DNA from: Rhodospirillaceae bacterium
Lineage (GTDB): Bacteria > Pseudomonadota > Alphaproteobacteria > Rhodospirillales > Rhodospirillaceae
Direction of reading: 5' to 3'
DNA length: 64,000 bases
NCBI GenBank assembly: GCA_041913245.1
Contig: JAYSFT010000003.1
Location: 2,181-66,180, forward strand
Part shown: piece after piece, positions 14,608 through 23,113 of the stretch
Position numbering within the stretch: position 1 is the first letter of the stretch
How the letters are laid out: each line of letters opens with the position of its first letter
Notes under the pieces: model-generated
The model's database searches: none
What the model was told of the DNA's origin: nothing
The model's input: the letters and a program-made list of their open reading frames with translations, nothing else
Position numbers and translations under genes: made by a program

Positions 14608-16215
14608 TTATTTGGAAGGAACTTCAATCGCGCCGCCCGCCAGCGCCGGCGTGTTCACCGGACGGCGGATCGCCTTGGTCGCCTGCTCCAGGCCGTAGGC
14701 CAGGGAGATCAGTTTGGCTTCGCTGAAGGCCGGCCCCAGGAACGAGATCGTCACCGGCAGATCGTCGGTGGTGAAACCCACCGGCAGGATCAGGTCCGGG
14801 AATCCGGTCAGGTTCGCCACCGGCATCGGATAGACACCGGTCGCGAAGTTGGGCGTCGGTCCCGCGATCTGTTCGGGGCGCGTCGGCGTGGTCGGATACA
14901 CGATCGCGTCCAACTTCTCCTTCGCCATGATGCCGCCGACGAGATTGGCCGCCATCGGCATGCCGTGGTCGTGCGCGGCGATATAGCCCGGGTCCGTCAA
15001 TTTTCCGCTGTCTCTTTCGGTGAGGAAGAACTGCCAGCGGTACGGGTTCACGCCTTCGCCGTCGGGCCCGAGGCTGGTGTAGTCCTGCGAGCGTTCGATC
15101 AGTTGCTCCAGCGTCTTCGGATACCTCGCGCCCGTGGTCTTCAGATAGTCCGCGATCTGGACATGGAACTCCGCCGGATAGATCGACCACAGCATGGACG
15201 TGTGCGAATCCAGGAACCATTTCGGGAAGCGCACATCGACCAACGTGGCTCCCGCCTTCTCCATCTGCTTCAGCGCGGCGTTGATCGCCCAATCCACGTC
15301 CGGGTCGGCGCCCATGTAGTCGCGCTGCACGCCGATGCGCGCGCCCTTCAGGGCGTTCGCGTTCAGATACTTGGTGTAATCCTTCTCGAACTTGCCCTGG
15401 CTCTTCTTGGTGGCGTCGTCGGCCGGATCGACGCCGGTCATGATCCCCAGCGAGACGGCGATATCCGACACGCTGCGCACCATGGGTCCGCCGGTATCGA
15501 GCGACAGCGACAGCGGAATGATGCCGTCGCGGCTGACGAGGCCGTGGGTCGGCTTCAATCCCACAATGCCGTTCACGCTCGACGGACCGCGGATCGAACC
15601 GCCGGTATCCGTGCCGAGACCGATGGGCGCATAACCCGCCGCCACCGCCACGCCGGTGCCGCCCGAGGAGCCGGACGGCGTGCGCGTGAGATCGTGCGGG
15701 TTCAAGGACTGTCCGCCCTTCGAGCTTTGCATGCCGTTGGCGAATTCGCCCAGGTTCACCTTGGCCAGGATGATCGCGCCGGCGTCGCGCAGCTTCTTCA
15801 CCATATAAGCGTCGTCGGGGGCCATGTTGCCGTCCAGCAGCACGGAACCGCCCGTGGTCGGCATGTCGACGGTGTCGTAGTTGTCCTTCAGCACGACCGG
15901 AATACCGTGCACCGGCGAGCGCACCTTGCCCGCTTTGCGCTCGGCGTCGAGCGCGCGCGCGATCTCGCGCGCTTTGGGGTTGAGCGCGATTACGGCGTGC
16001 AGCTTCGGCCCCTTGCGGTCGAAGGCGTCGATGCGCGCGAGACATAGTTCGACGAGTTTCTCCGCCGTCAGGGTGCCCGCCGCCATGGCGGCCTGCAACT
16101 CGGCGATGCTCGCCTGATCGAACTTCACTTGTTTCGCGGTCGCCGGCGTCGTGAGCAGCGCGGCCGCGACGGCGCAGCTCGCGGCCAGGCCGGCCAGGTG
16201 TTTCTTGAGCGTCAT
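14608..16215 (-). CDS. Secreted amidase-signature family amidase, paralog 2
   Basis: MTLKKHLAGLAASCAVAAALLTTPATA is the signal peptide. Contains IPVVLKDNYDT and GSSGGTGVAVAAGYAPIGLGTDTGGSIRGPS. ATG 16215 (GAGGGGA Shine-Dalgarno) is preferred over the track start 16227. Confidence 0.9.
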   Translation of the reverse strand: MTLKKHLAGLAASCAVAAALLTTPATAKQVKFDQASIAELQAAMAAGTLTAEKLVELCLARIDAFDRKGPKLHAVIALNPKAREIARALDAERKAGKVRSPVHGIPVVLKDNYDTVDMPTTGGSVLLDGNMAPDDAYMVKKLRDAGAIILAKVNLGEFANGMQSSKGGQSLNPHDLTRTPSGSSGGTGVAVAAGYAPIGLGTDTGGSIRGPSSVNGIVGLKPTHGLVSRDGIIPLSLSLDTGGPMVRSVSDIAVSLGIMTGVDPADDATKKSQGKFEKDYTKYLNANALKGARIGVQRDYMGADPDVDWAINAALKQMEKAGATLVDVRFPKWFLDSHTSMLWSIYPAEFHVQIADYLKTTGARYPKTLEQLIERSQDYTSLGPDGEGVNPYRWQFFLTERDSGKLTDPGYIAAHDHGMPMAANLVGGIMAKEKLDAIVYPTTPTRPEQIAGPTPNFATGVYPMPVANLTGFPDLILPVGFTTDDLPVTISFLGPAFSEAKLISLAYGLEQATKAIRRPVNTPALAGGAIEVPSK

Positions 16216-16228
16216 GTGTCCCCTCATC

Positions 16229-17860
16229 CTATTTCTCGGGAATCTCGATCGTGGCCCCGGGCAGCGCGGGTGTATGCACCGGACGCCGGATGGCCTTGGT
16301 CGCCTGCTCGAACGAATAGCCGAGCCCCAGCAGTCTCGGTTCGCTGAACGCCGGTCCGAAGAAGGAGATCGTCACCGGCAGATCGTCGGTGGTGAAACCC
16401 GCCGGCACGATCAGATCGGGATAGCCCGACAGGTTGCCGAGGCTGCGCGGCGATTTCACCGAGCCCAGCGCCGGCGCTGGCGGCGCGGCGATCAACTCGG
16501 GGCGCGTCACCGTCGTCGGATAAACGATGGCGTCCAGCTTGTCCTTGGCGAAGATCCCATCCAGAAGCGCGCGGGTCATGGGGATGAAGTGATTGAGCAT
16601 CGCGTCGTAGACCGGGCCGTCGAGCGGCACCGCCTTGGCCTCGACATTCTTGAAGTACTGCCAGCGCGACAGGTTCGGCCCGACGCCGTCGCCGCGTAGG
16701 TCGTTGTACGCTTCGGCGCGCTCGATCAGTTGATCGAGATTTTTCGGATACTTGGGGCCCGTGGTCTTCAGGTAGTCCGCGATCTGCACCTTGAATTCCG
16801 CCGGATACAGCGTGAAGACGACTTGCGTCGCCGAATCCAGGTACCACTTGGGCAGGCGCACCTCGACCACCGCGCCGCCGGCCTTCTGGATCGCCTTCAG
16901 CGCGGACTCGATCACCCAATCGACGTCGGGGTCCGCGCCCATGTAGTCGCGCGCCACGCCGATGCGCGCGCCCTTCAGCGCGTCGGCCTTCAGGAACGGC
17001 GTGTAGTCCTTGTGCGACTTGCCTTCGCTCTTTTTCGTGTACGGGTCCGCCGGATCGAGGCCCGTCATCGGGCCCAGCGCGACCGCGATGTCCGTGACGC
17101 TGCGCGCCATCGGCCCGCCCATGTCCAGGGTCAGGGCCAGCGGGATGATGCCGTCATGGCTGAGCAAGCCGTGCGTCGGCTTCAGGCCGACGATGCCGTT
17201 CACGCTCGACGGCCCGCGGATCGAGCCGCCCGTGTCGGTGCCGAGCCCCAGCGGCGCGTAGCCGGCCGCGATGGACACGCCCGTCCCGCCCGACGATCCC
17301 GCCGGCGTGCGCGCCAGGTCGTGCGGATTGAGCGACTGCCCGCCCATGGAACTTTGCGACCCGTTGGCGAACTCGCCGAGATTCACCTTGGCGAAGATGA
17401 TCGCGCCGGCGTCGCGCAGCTTCTTCACCATGTTGGCGTCGTCGGGCGCCATGTTGCCTTCCAGCAGCACCGAGCCGCCGGTCGTGGGCATATCGGCGGT
17501 GTCGAAGTTGTCCTTGAGCACCACGGGGATGCCGTGCAGCGGCCCGCGCACTTTTCCGGCCTTGCGCTCGGCGTCGAGGGCGCGCGCGATCTCCAGCGCC
17601 TTGGGATTGAGGGTGATCACCGCGTGCAGCTTCGGTCCGGCGCGGTCATAGGCCGCGATCCGGTCGAGGCAGAGCTGCGTCAGCTTCTCCGCCGTCAATG
17701 TGCCCGCGCGCATGGCGGCGCCCAGCTCGACGATGGTGGCTTGATCGAACGCGACTTGTTTCGCGGAGGCTTGCGGCGCGGCGGTGAAAAGACAAGCCGC
17801 GAGCGCGGCGACGGATACGAAGCGGGCGGCGCGTCTGGTCACGGCGTAAGTCCCCCTCAT
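16229..17860 (-). CDS. Secreted amidase-signature family amidase, paralog 3
   Basis: Signal-like N-terminus ...FVSVAALAACLFTAAPQASA. Contains IPVVLKDNFDT and GSSGGTGVSIAAGYAPLGLGTDTGGSIRGPS. Confidence 0.9.
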   Translation of the reverse strand: MRGTYAVTRRAARFVSVAALAACLFTAAPQASAKQVAFDQATIVELGAAMRAGTLTAEKLTQLCLDRIAAYDRAGPKLHAVITLNPKALEIARALDAERKAGKVRGPLHGIPVVLKDNFDTADMPTTGGSVLLEGNMAPDDANMVKKLRDAGAIIFAKVNLGEFANGSQSSMGGQSLNPHDLARTPAGSSGGTGVSIAAGYAPLGLGTDTGGSIRGPSSVNGIVGLKPTHGLLSHDGIIPLALTLDMGGPMARSVTDIAVALGPMTGLDPADPYTKKSEGKSHKDYTPFLKADALKGARIGVARDYMGADPDVDWVIESALKAIQKAGGAVVEVRLPKWYLDSATQVVFTLYPAEFKVQIADYLKTTGPKYPKNLDQLIERAEAYNDLRGDGVGPNLSRWQYFKNVEAKAVPLDGPVYDAMLNHFIPMTRALLDGIFAKDKLDAIVYPTTVTRPELIAAPPAPALGSVKSPRSLGNLSGYPDLIVPAGFTTDDLPVTISFFGPAFSEPRLLGLGYSFEQATKAIRRPVHTPALPGATIEIPEK

Positions 17861-17909
17861 GAATTTCCCCGGCGAAGCTTACGCCGCGGCGCACGAGGAC
17901 CGCCAGTCC

Positions 17910-18914
17910 CTAGCTGTGCATGGATTTCGCCATTTTCGCGCACCCGTCGCCGTCCGGCGGCGCCGCTGGAACCGGCGCCGGCAGCGCGGTCTTTCCTTTC
18001 GACGCCGCGCCCTGACGCCGGCCCGCGGCAAGAAGGAAGCTGCGGAAGCTCGCGCCGAAGGGCCGCGCGATCGCGTCGCGGTCCCACGCCAGGAAGTACG
18101 GCGCCGGCAGTTTCGCGCGGCGGTCGATCGGAATCACCAGGCGCCCCGCCGCCAGGTCGTCCATGATCATGCTGATCTGCGCGAGGACAAAACCGTCGCC
18201 GGCCACCGCCGCATCGAGCGCCGAGGCCGACAGGGAGAACGTCAGCTCGCTCGCGCGCTCGGGCATCTGTTCGCCGACGCTCGAAGCCCAGTCCGCCCAC
18301 GAAAGCCCCGCCGCGCGGTCGGGATCCCATTCGATACTGATCAGCGGCGACGCCATGATGTCCGCCGGCGAGGCGACCGGGTTCTTCGCAAGGAATTCCG
18401 GCGCGCAGGCGGGCACCGCATAATCCGTATAAAGCTCGGAGAAATAGCTGTAGCCGCGCACCTCCGCCCCGTAACACAGGCGGAAATCGATATGATCGTT
18501 CGACAGCGGCTTTTCCTCGTCCGTGCCGATGGAATGGATGGTCGCGTCGCTGTTGGCGCCGCGCCACTCCTTGATCAGCGGCCGCAGCCAGCGCAAGGCC
18601 AGCGACGGCAAGGCGCTGATGATGATGCTGGGCTTCGCGCGCGCGACATGGAGTTTTTGCTGCGCGAGGCGCAGTTGATCGAACGCCACGCGCACGCTTT
18701 CATAATAAAGGCGCCCCCAGAACGTGAGCACGAGCGAACGTCCCCGCCGCTCGAACAAACTGGCTTTGAGCGACTCTTCGATGTTGGCGATCTGCTGGCT
18801 CACGGCGCCGACGGTGACATGCAAATCGTCGGCGGCCTTCGTCAGGCTGCCGCAACGCGCGACGGCTTCGAAGACCTGTATGGCCCTCATCGTAGGAAGA
18901 TCCACCACGGACAT
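17910..18914 (-). CDS. LysR-family transcriptional regulator (GcvA-like)
   Basis: MSVVDLPTMRAIQVFEAVARCGSLTKAADDLHVTVGAVSQQIANIEESL is the LysR HTH. Start taken at the internal ATG 18914. It lies directly upstream of the amidase triplet, on the same strand. Confidence 0.85.
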   Translation of the reverse strand: MSVVDLPTMRAIQVFEAVARCGSLTKAADDLHVTVGAVSQQIANIEESLKASLFERRGRSLVLTFWGRLYYESVRVAFDQLRLAQQKLHVARAKPSIIISALPSLALRWLRPLIKEWRGANSDATIHSIGTDEEKPLSNDHIDFRLCYGAEVRGYSYFSELYTDYAVPACAPEFLAKNPVASPADIMASPLISIEWDPDRAAGLSWADWASSVGEQMPERASELTFSLSASALDAAVAGDGFVLAQISMIMDDLAAGRLVIPIDRRAKLPAPYFLAWDRDAIARPFGASFRSFLLAAGRRQGAASKGKTALPAPVPAAPPDGDGCAKMAKSMHS

Positions 18915-19014
18915 CCCCTCGGCGTGAAAGCTTGTGTGTTCCCTAAACGCGCCGGTGAAGGCCGCGTCCGTCCCAGTCATTATATGTATATACAATTTTA
19001 TAATTGTCTATACA

Positions 19015-20178
19015 TTACTTGGGCAGAGCGGCGGACAGCGTCTGCGCCAGGCCGCCCGCCAGCGACGTCGGCCGGCAGCACACATTCACCCGCCATGCGC
19101 TCACATATAAGAGTGCGGCCACGAGCCCCGCGGCGGCGGCCATTGGGCGGGCCCGCGAAGGCGCGAGGTCCCGCACGGCGCCGGCCAGGATCAGCGCCAT
19201 GACGGCCGTGCTGGCCATATGGATCCACCGGCCCCAGTCCCAGCCGAGAAGGAACAGCGCCGCCGCCGGCAGACTCGCGGCGAGCACCAGGCCGAGCGGC
19301 GCCTGCCCTTCGCGCGGTAACGCGCGCCGCACCAGGACCGGCGGCGCCAGCGCGAGCATGATGGTCGCGCTATAAATCGTGAGCGCGCGCGCATCGCTCA
19401 CCAGTTGCGCCAGATAGAACCAGACCTGGTCATAGCTCCATCCCAGCGCGTTGATGCCGTCGCACGCCGTCACCGCGCGGCCGTTCCACGACGCGCAGAT
19501 CGCCGCCGCCGTCGCGCCGTCGCCGCGGCGGACCAGGGCGGCGGCGAAGCACAAAACCGCCGGCAGCAACACGGGGATTTGCATGCGCGCCACATGCCGC
19601 GCCGGCTTTGGGTATCCGCACGCCATGTAGGTCAGCACGGCATGCGCCGGCAGGAAGATCGCCTGGTTTTCATGGATGAGGGTCGACAGCGCGAGAGAGG
19701 GCGCGAGGACAAAATAGGCGAAGCGCGGATAAAGCCGCGCGCTCATCGCGCAGCGCAATGTGCGGCGCACGGCGACGGCATGCGTAAACAGGCCCAGGAT
19801 CACGAAGGCTTCTTTGCGCAGGTACCCGCCATAGTCATGGGCGGGGAACAGCAGCAGCGCCGGCGCCAGCATGACCAGAAGGAACAGCGCCGGCCGCGCC
19901 CGCAGCGGCCAGGCCAGGACCGCCAGCAACAGGGTCTGCGCCACCGTCAGAACGGCGAACAGCGCCGGGAAGATCACGCCCGTGGACAGACCGCTGACGG
20001 CGTTCAGACGAAACGCGGCCTCACCCAAAAGGCCGCGGCGCACGAACCCCGCCGCATAGTTGATATGCAGATCGCTGACGGACCAGCTCGTCCCGTCGCC
20101 GAAGGAGCGCATGACCGATGGCGTGAACGCGGCGGCCATGACGGCCAGCGTGAACGTAAGTAAGGCTGAAGGACGCAT
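19015..20178 (-). CDS. Polytopic integral membrane protein, unknown function
   Basis: Starting at MRPSALLTFTLAVMAAAF..., many TM segments follow (IFPALFAVLTVAQTLLLAVLAW, ALFLLVMLAPALLLFP ...). The N-terminal 98 aa of the track ORF look non-coding. Confidence 0.55.
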   Translation of the reverse strand: MRPSALLTFTLAVMAAAFTPSVMRSFGDGTSWSVSDLHINYAAGFVRRGLLGEAAFRLNAVSGLSTGVIFPALFAVLTVAQTLLLAVLAWPLRARPALFLLVMLAPALLLFPAHDYGGYLRKEAFVILGLFTHAVAVRRTLRCAMSARLYPRFAYFVLAPSLALSTLIHENQAIFLPAHAVLTYMACGYPKPARHVARMQIPVLLPAVLCFAAALVRRGDGATAAAICASWNGRAVTACDGINALGWSYDQVWFYLAQLVSDARALTIYSATIMLALAPPVLVRRALPREGQAPLGLVLAASLPAAALFLLGWDWGRWIHMASTAVMALILAGAVRDLAPSRARPMAAAAGLVAALLYVSAWRVNVCCRPTSLAGGLAQTLSAALPK

Positions 20179-20414
20179 ACGGCCTGCGCAGGTTGCAGAT
20201 TCAACGTCCGGGACAGCCGAAAGTTTCTCCCTCACCCGACCCGCTCCCGATGGCGGAGGCGCGCCGGTATTTTTGCGAAAATTTGACACTCTCTCGCCGC
20301 ATTCTCGCGAAAAGCCTTGAAGACGCGCGTCTTTCGCGACTGGCACGCCGGTTGCACTCCTGTCTGTCGCGTTCGGCATGGTGTACGGACGCTCACACGC
20401 AAGGAGCAAGAGAG

Positions 20415-21107
20415 ATGAAGACGAAGTGGCTGGGTGGCGCCGTGATCGCCACCGCAATGTTCTGGGCCGCATCCGCGTCGGCGGCGCCGGTTCTCGGAAG
20501 TAGTGTCGAAGCCTCGCTGTTCACGTCCATGTTGGGCAGCACGAGCGGCTGGACCTACTCGGGACAAAGCACGAGCGCGTTCACGGGCGCCGGCACGGCG
20601 ACCCTGCTCGGACGTTCCTCGTCTTACGCGAACAGTTTCGGATTCTCGAACACCGCGCATGGCGCGCGCACGACCATCTTCAACACCGGCGCCGGCGCGG
20701 GCAGCACCGCCGCGGTGACCGGATATTCGCCGTCCTATCTCTTCTATTTCCAGGCCGACGGCGCGGACGCCTTCCTGTTCTCCGACGACAACCGCCAGTA
20801 CAGCGACGGCTACGACAGCGGAAACTTCCCGGGCGAGGAGCAGGGCGGCATCGACATCTTCTTCAATGCCGCGATGGCCAAGTGGGCCTTCTTCTTCGAC
20901 GACGCGGGCGGCGGCATCCCGGTCGCCGGCGACGACAATGACTATGACGACATGGTCGTCACATTCCAGATGGCGGAAAACCCGGACGAAGAGCCGGACG
21001 GCGTGCCGGAACCGGGCGCCCTCGCGCTCCTCGGCCTGGCGCTTCTGGGCTTCGGTGCCCTGCGGCGCGCCCGCAAACCCGCGCTCGTGCATGGAACTCT
21101 GGCGTAA
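20415..21107 (+). CDS. PEP-CTERM sorting-domain protein with DUF4114-like region
   Basis: Signal peptide MKTKWLGGAVIATAMFWAASASA. FFFDDAGGGIPVAGDDNDYDDMVVTF resembles the DUF4114 motif. The C-terminus VPEPGALALLGLALLGFGALRRAR is a PEP-CTERM anchor. Confidence 0.8.
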   Translation: MKTKWLGGAVIATAMFWAASASAAPVLGSSVEASLFTSMLGSTSGWTYSGQSTSAFTGAGTATLLGRSSSYANSFGFSNTAHGARTTIFNTGAGAGSTAAVTGYSPSYLFYFQADGADAFLFSDDNRQYSDGYDSGNFPGEEQGGIDIFFNAAMAKWAFFFDDAGGGIPVAGDDNDYDDMVVTFQMAENPDEEPDGVPEPGALALLGLALLGFGALRRARKPALVHGTLA

Positions 21108-21127
21108 CCCGATAAACCACTCTGTCG

Positions 21128-21153
21128 TCCTCGCGGTCGGGAGGCCGCGAGGA
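21128..21153 (+). terminator. Stem-loop after the PEP-CTERM gene (no U-tract)
   Basis: 9-bp stem TCCTCGCGG(21128-21136)/CCGCGAGGA(21145-21153) with an 8-nt loop, followed by TGATCCC. Confidence 0.3.
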
Positions 21154-21207
21154 TGATCCCTTGGCGGGTATCCGACTCGCCTATGCATATTTCCGATTTT
21201 TGGTGGG

Positions 21208-21223
21208 CGATCAAATTTGATCG
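21208..21223. promoter_or_regulatory. Perfect 16-bp palindrome CGATCAAATTTGATCG in an AT-rich intergenic patch
   Basis: Self-complementary over 16 nt. It lies in the locally AT-rich stretch 21160-21360. Candidate operator, binding factor unknown. Confidence 0.35.
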
Positions 21224-21374
21224 GGCCGCAAATTAATTTCTCCACATTACAATGCGATTTACGTACTGTAGTACGAGCGAGTCGCCGCGAGGCGGCTTGC
21301 CCGCTGCTCTTTGACATCGTGAATCGGTTGAAATAAGCGCGATGAGTCGCGGCCTTTACCGCGAAAAAACTTCG

Positions 21375-21710
21375 AAGTGTCGCCAAAGTGTCGCCAAAGT
21401 GTCGCCATGGCGCGATTTTGGGCTACGTCATTGGATCGATTGCCTAATTCCAAAAGTGTCGCCTGTCGCCACTGTCGCCAAACGAAAAACCACTCCTGGA
21501 GTGCCCCCTTTTTTATCTGGTCATCCCGGGGCCTGCCCCGTGCGCGCGGCACACATCACGCCATGCCCCGCGCGCATGGCCCGGTCGAAAGCCCTGCAAA
21601 AATGAACTAAGTGTCGCGTGGTGTCGCATAGTGTCGCGTGACCGAAAAACCGGCCAAAGCTTTGCCATCGCATCGAAATTCGGAAAGTGTCGCATGTCGC
21701 GTGGTGTCGC
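21375..21710 (+). repeat. Array of 12 same-orientation TGTCGC(C/G) repeats in four triplet clusters
   Basis: Cluster 1: three perfect 11-bp units AAGTGTCGCCA at 21375-21407. Cluster 2: TGTCGCC at 21457, 21464 and 21473. Cluster 3: GTGTCGC at 21611, 21621 and 21631 (10-bp phase). Cluster 4: TGTCGC at 21688, 21695 and 21705. CGAAAAA(A)C recurs at 21362, 21483 and 21643. Confidence 0.9.
21510..21590. repeat. REP/MITE-like dispersed element, copy C (approximate bounds)
   Basis: TTTTTTATCTGGTCATCCCGGGGCCTGCCCCGTGCGCGCGG... has the same T-rich lead plus GGTCATCCYGGGGCYTGCCCC head as copies A and B. It is embedded between TGTCGC clusters 2 and 3. Confidence 0.45.
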
Positions 21711-21715
21711 GCGAA

Positions 21716-22288
21716 TTAGATACGCTGCTCCGCGTGCTGCTGCGCCACCGGCGGCGGCGGCACGGCCGCCGCGACGGTGGCGACCTCACCGGCCTTCTCG
21801 ACCACGCGGCCCTTGGCGGTGGCGGCGGCTTCTTCCATGGCGGCCAGCGAGCGGGCCAGTTCATAGATGCGCCGGCGCACATGCTCATCGCCGATCTCGT
21901 AATAAGCGCGCACCAGTTCCAGGGTCTCGCGGCGGACCATCGGATCGTCTTCGTGCGGCATCTCGATCTCGCCCGCGCCCGCCTGCTTGCGCGGGCTGGC
22001 GCCCGCCGTGTGGGCGTCCATCTCCTCGAAGAAATAGGACACCGGGCAATCGAGCACACGGCTCATGTCCCAGAGGCGGCTGGCGCCGATCCGGTTCGCG
22101 CCGCGCTCATATTTTTGCACTTGCTGGAAGGTCAGGCCCATCGCCTCGCCGACTTTTTCCTGCGAAAGGCCGAGCAGCGTGCGGCGGACGCGAAGCCGGT
22201 TACCCACATGCGAGTCCACCGGGTTCGGCTTGCCCGTGGTCCGCTGGCGTTTGGCAGTAGTGGTGGAACCCTGATGTTGCAAGTCCAT
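21716..22288 (-). CDS. XRE-family helix-turn-helix transcriptional regulator
   Basis: VGNRLRVRRTLLGLSQEKVGEAMGLTFQQVQKYERGANRIGASRLWDMSRVLDCPVSYFF is an HTH_3 (Cro/C1) domain. Start taken at the internal ATG 22288 (MDLQHQG...). Confidence 0.8.
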   Translation of the reverse strand: MDLQHQGSTTTAKRQRTTGKPNPVDSHVGNRLRVRRTLLGLSQEKVGEAMGLTFQQVQKYERGANRIGASRLWDMSRVLDCPVSYFFEEMDAHTAGASPRKQAGAGEIEMPHEDDPMVRRETLELVRAYYEIGDEHVRRRIYELARSLAAMEEAAATAKGRVVEKAGEVATVAAAVPPPPVAQQHAEQRI

Positions 22289-22524
22289 GTCGCGCACACC
22301 TCTATTACTAGACATCCCGGGTTCCATAACGCGACGCGCGCGAAGAAGTTCTCCCCTTGCGTTAAAAAGGTTGGTGAAGACCGCCGAAAAGTTTGTATCC
22401 GGCGGCTGAAATAAAACCTCACGGTGCGGTTGAAGAGTTCTACAACCCGCTGAAATTCCACGCAAAACTGGAACCATTTCCTGAAACCTGGCGTTGGCGC
22501 TGTACACGTTGCCGCAGGTCCCGG

Positions 22525-23112
22525 ATGTCCGCTTTCAGTTCGCGCTTTTCGATTGCTCCCGCGACCGCGGTCCAAAAATTCCTGGTCGACATGCGTCTCA
22601 CGGCCGAACGGTCCTTCCGCGCCTGGAAACAAGCCCTCGACGCCGGTTTCGCCAAGACCGCCCTCGCCCCGGCGGACCGCGCAGCGCTCCTGAAGCCCCA
22701 TCCCCTGGAAGACTATTTCTACGCCGGACTGATCGGCCTTCAGGCCGCGGCCGTGCGGGAGAGCTTCACGCCCACCGTCGCGGAAGCCCTCCTGCGCCAG
22801 GTCGCCCTGCAGGTGGACGACGCGGTCGGGCGTGGTGACCGGATGGTCTCGAACATGGTGTTCATCATCTTCGGACGCATCCGGAAAAACGCCGGCCTCG
22901 GCCTCACCGCCCGTCCCGAGGACGTGGTGACCGACGTCATCCTCGAACGGCTGTCCATCGACCGCATGAAGGCCACCGGCGCCTTCATGCACGATCCGCG
23001 CTATCGCCGCGCCCTCGCCGCGCCCTTGATCACGCGGCCGCCGTGGTGGAAAGCTTTCGCGGGCATTTATATCGTGAACGTGACGCCCCGCGCGCCCATG
23101 CGCGGGGTCTAA
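22525..23112 (+). CDS. Hypothetical protein
   Basis: Begins MSAFSSRFSIAPATAVQKFLVDMRLTAERSFRAWKQALDAGF... Coding-like composition, in contrast to the Arg/Gly-rich antisense ORF 22132-23187. No family recognised. Confidence 0.45.
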   Translation: MSAFSSRFSIAPATAVQKFLVDMRLTAERSFRAWKQALDAGFAKTALAPADRAALLKPHPLEDYFYAGLIGLQAAAVRESFTPTVAEALLRQVALQVDDAVGRGDRMVSNMVFIIFGRIRKNAGLGLTARPEDVVTDVILERLSIDRMKATGAFMHDPRYRRALAAPLITRPPWWKAFAGIYIVNVTPRAPMRGV

Positions 23113-23113
23113 T

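Noticed and set aside
13067-18166. Three long plus-strand ORFs (13067-14545, 14602-16047, 16730-18166)
   Set aside because: They are antisense shadows of the three amidase genes. Their composition is dominated by R, G, A, D and H, with no recognisable motifs.
21208-21223. FNR/FixK box at the palindrome CGATCAAATTTGATCG
   Set aside because: The FNR/FixK consensus is TTGAT-N4-ATCAA. Here the half-sites are in the opposite arrangement (ATCAA-A-TTTGAT), so it is not an FNR-type box.
21259-21610. 97-aa (minus) and 77-87-aa (plus) ORFs across the repeat region
   Set aside because: Their sequences are simply translations of the tandem repeats (for example ..MATLWRHFGDT.. and ..CRQSVAKVSPW..) and of the REP-like element. 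They have no Shine-Dalgarno sequence and no protein-like features.
21375-21710. CRISPR array interpretation of the TGTCGC repeats
   Set aside because: The units are 7-11 bp with spacers of 0-4 bp, far too short for CRISPR repeat-spacer architecture. No cas genes are present.
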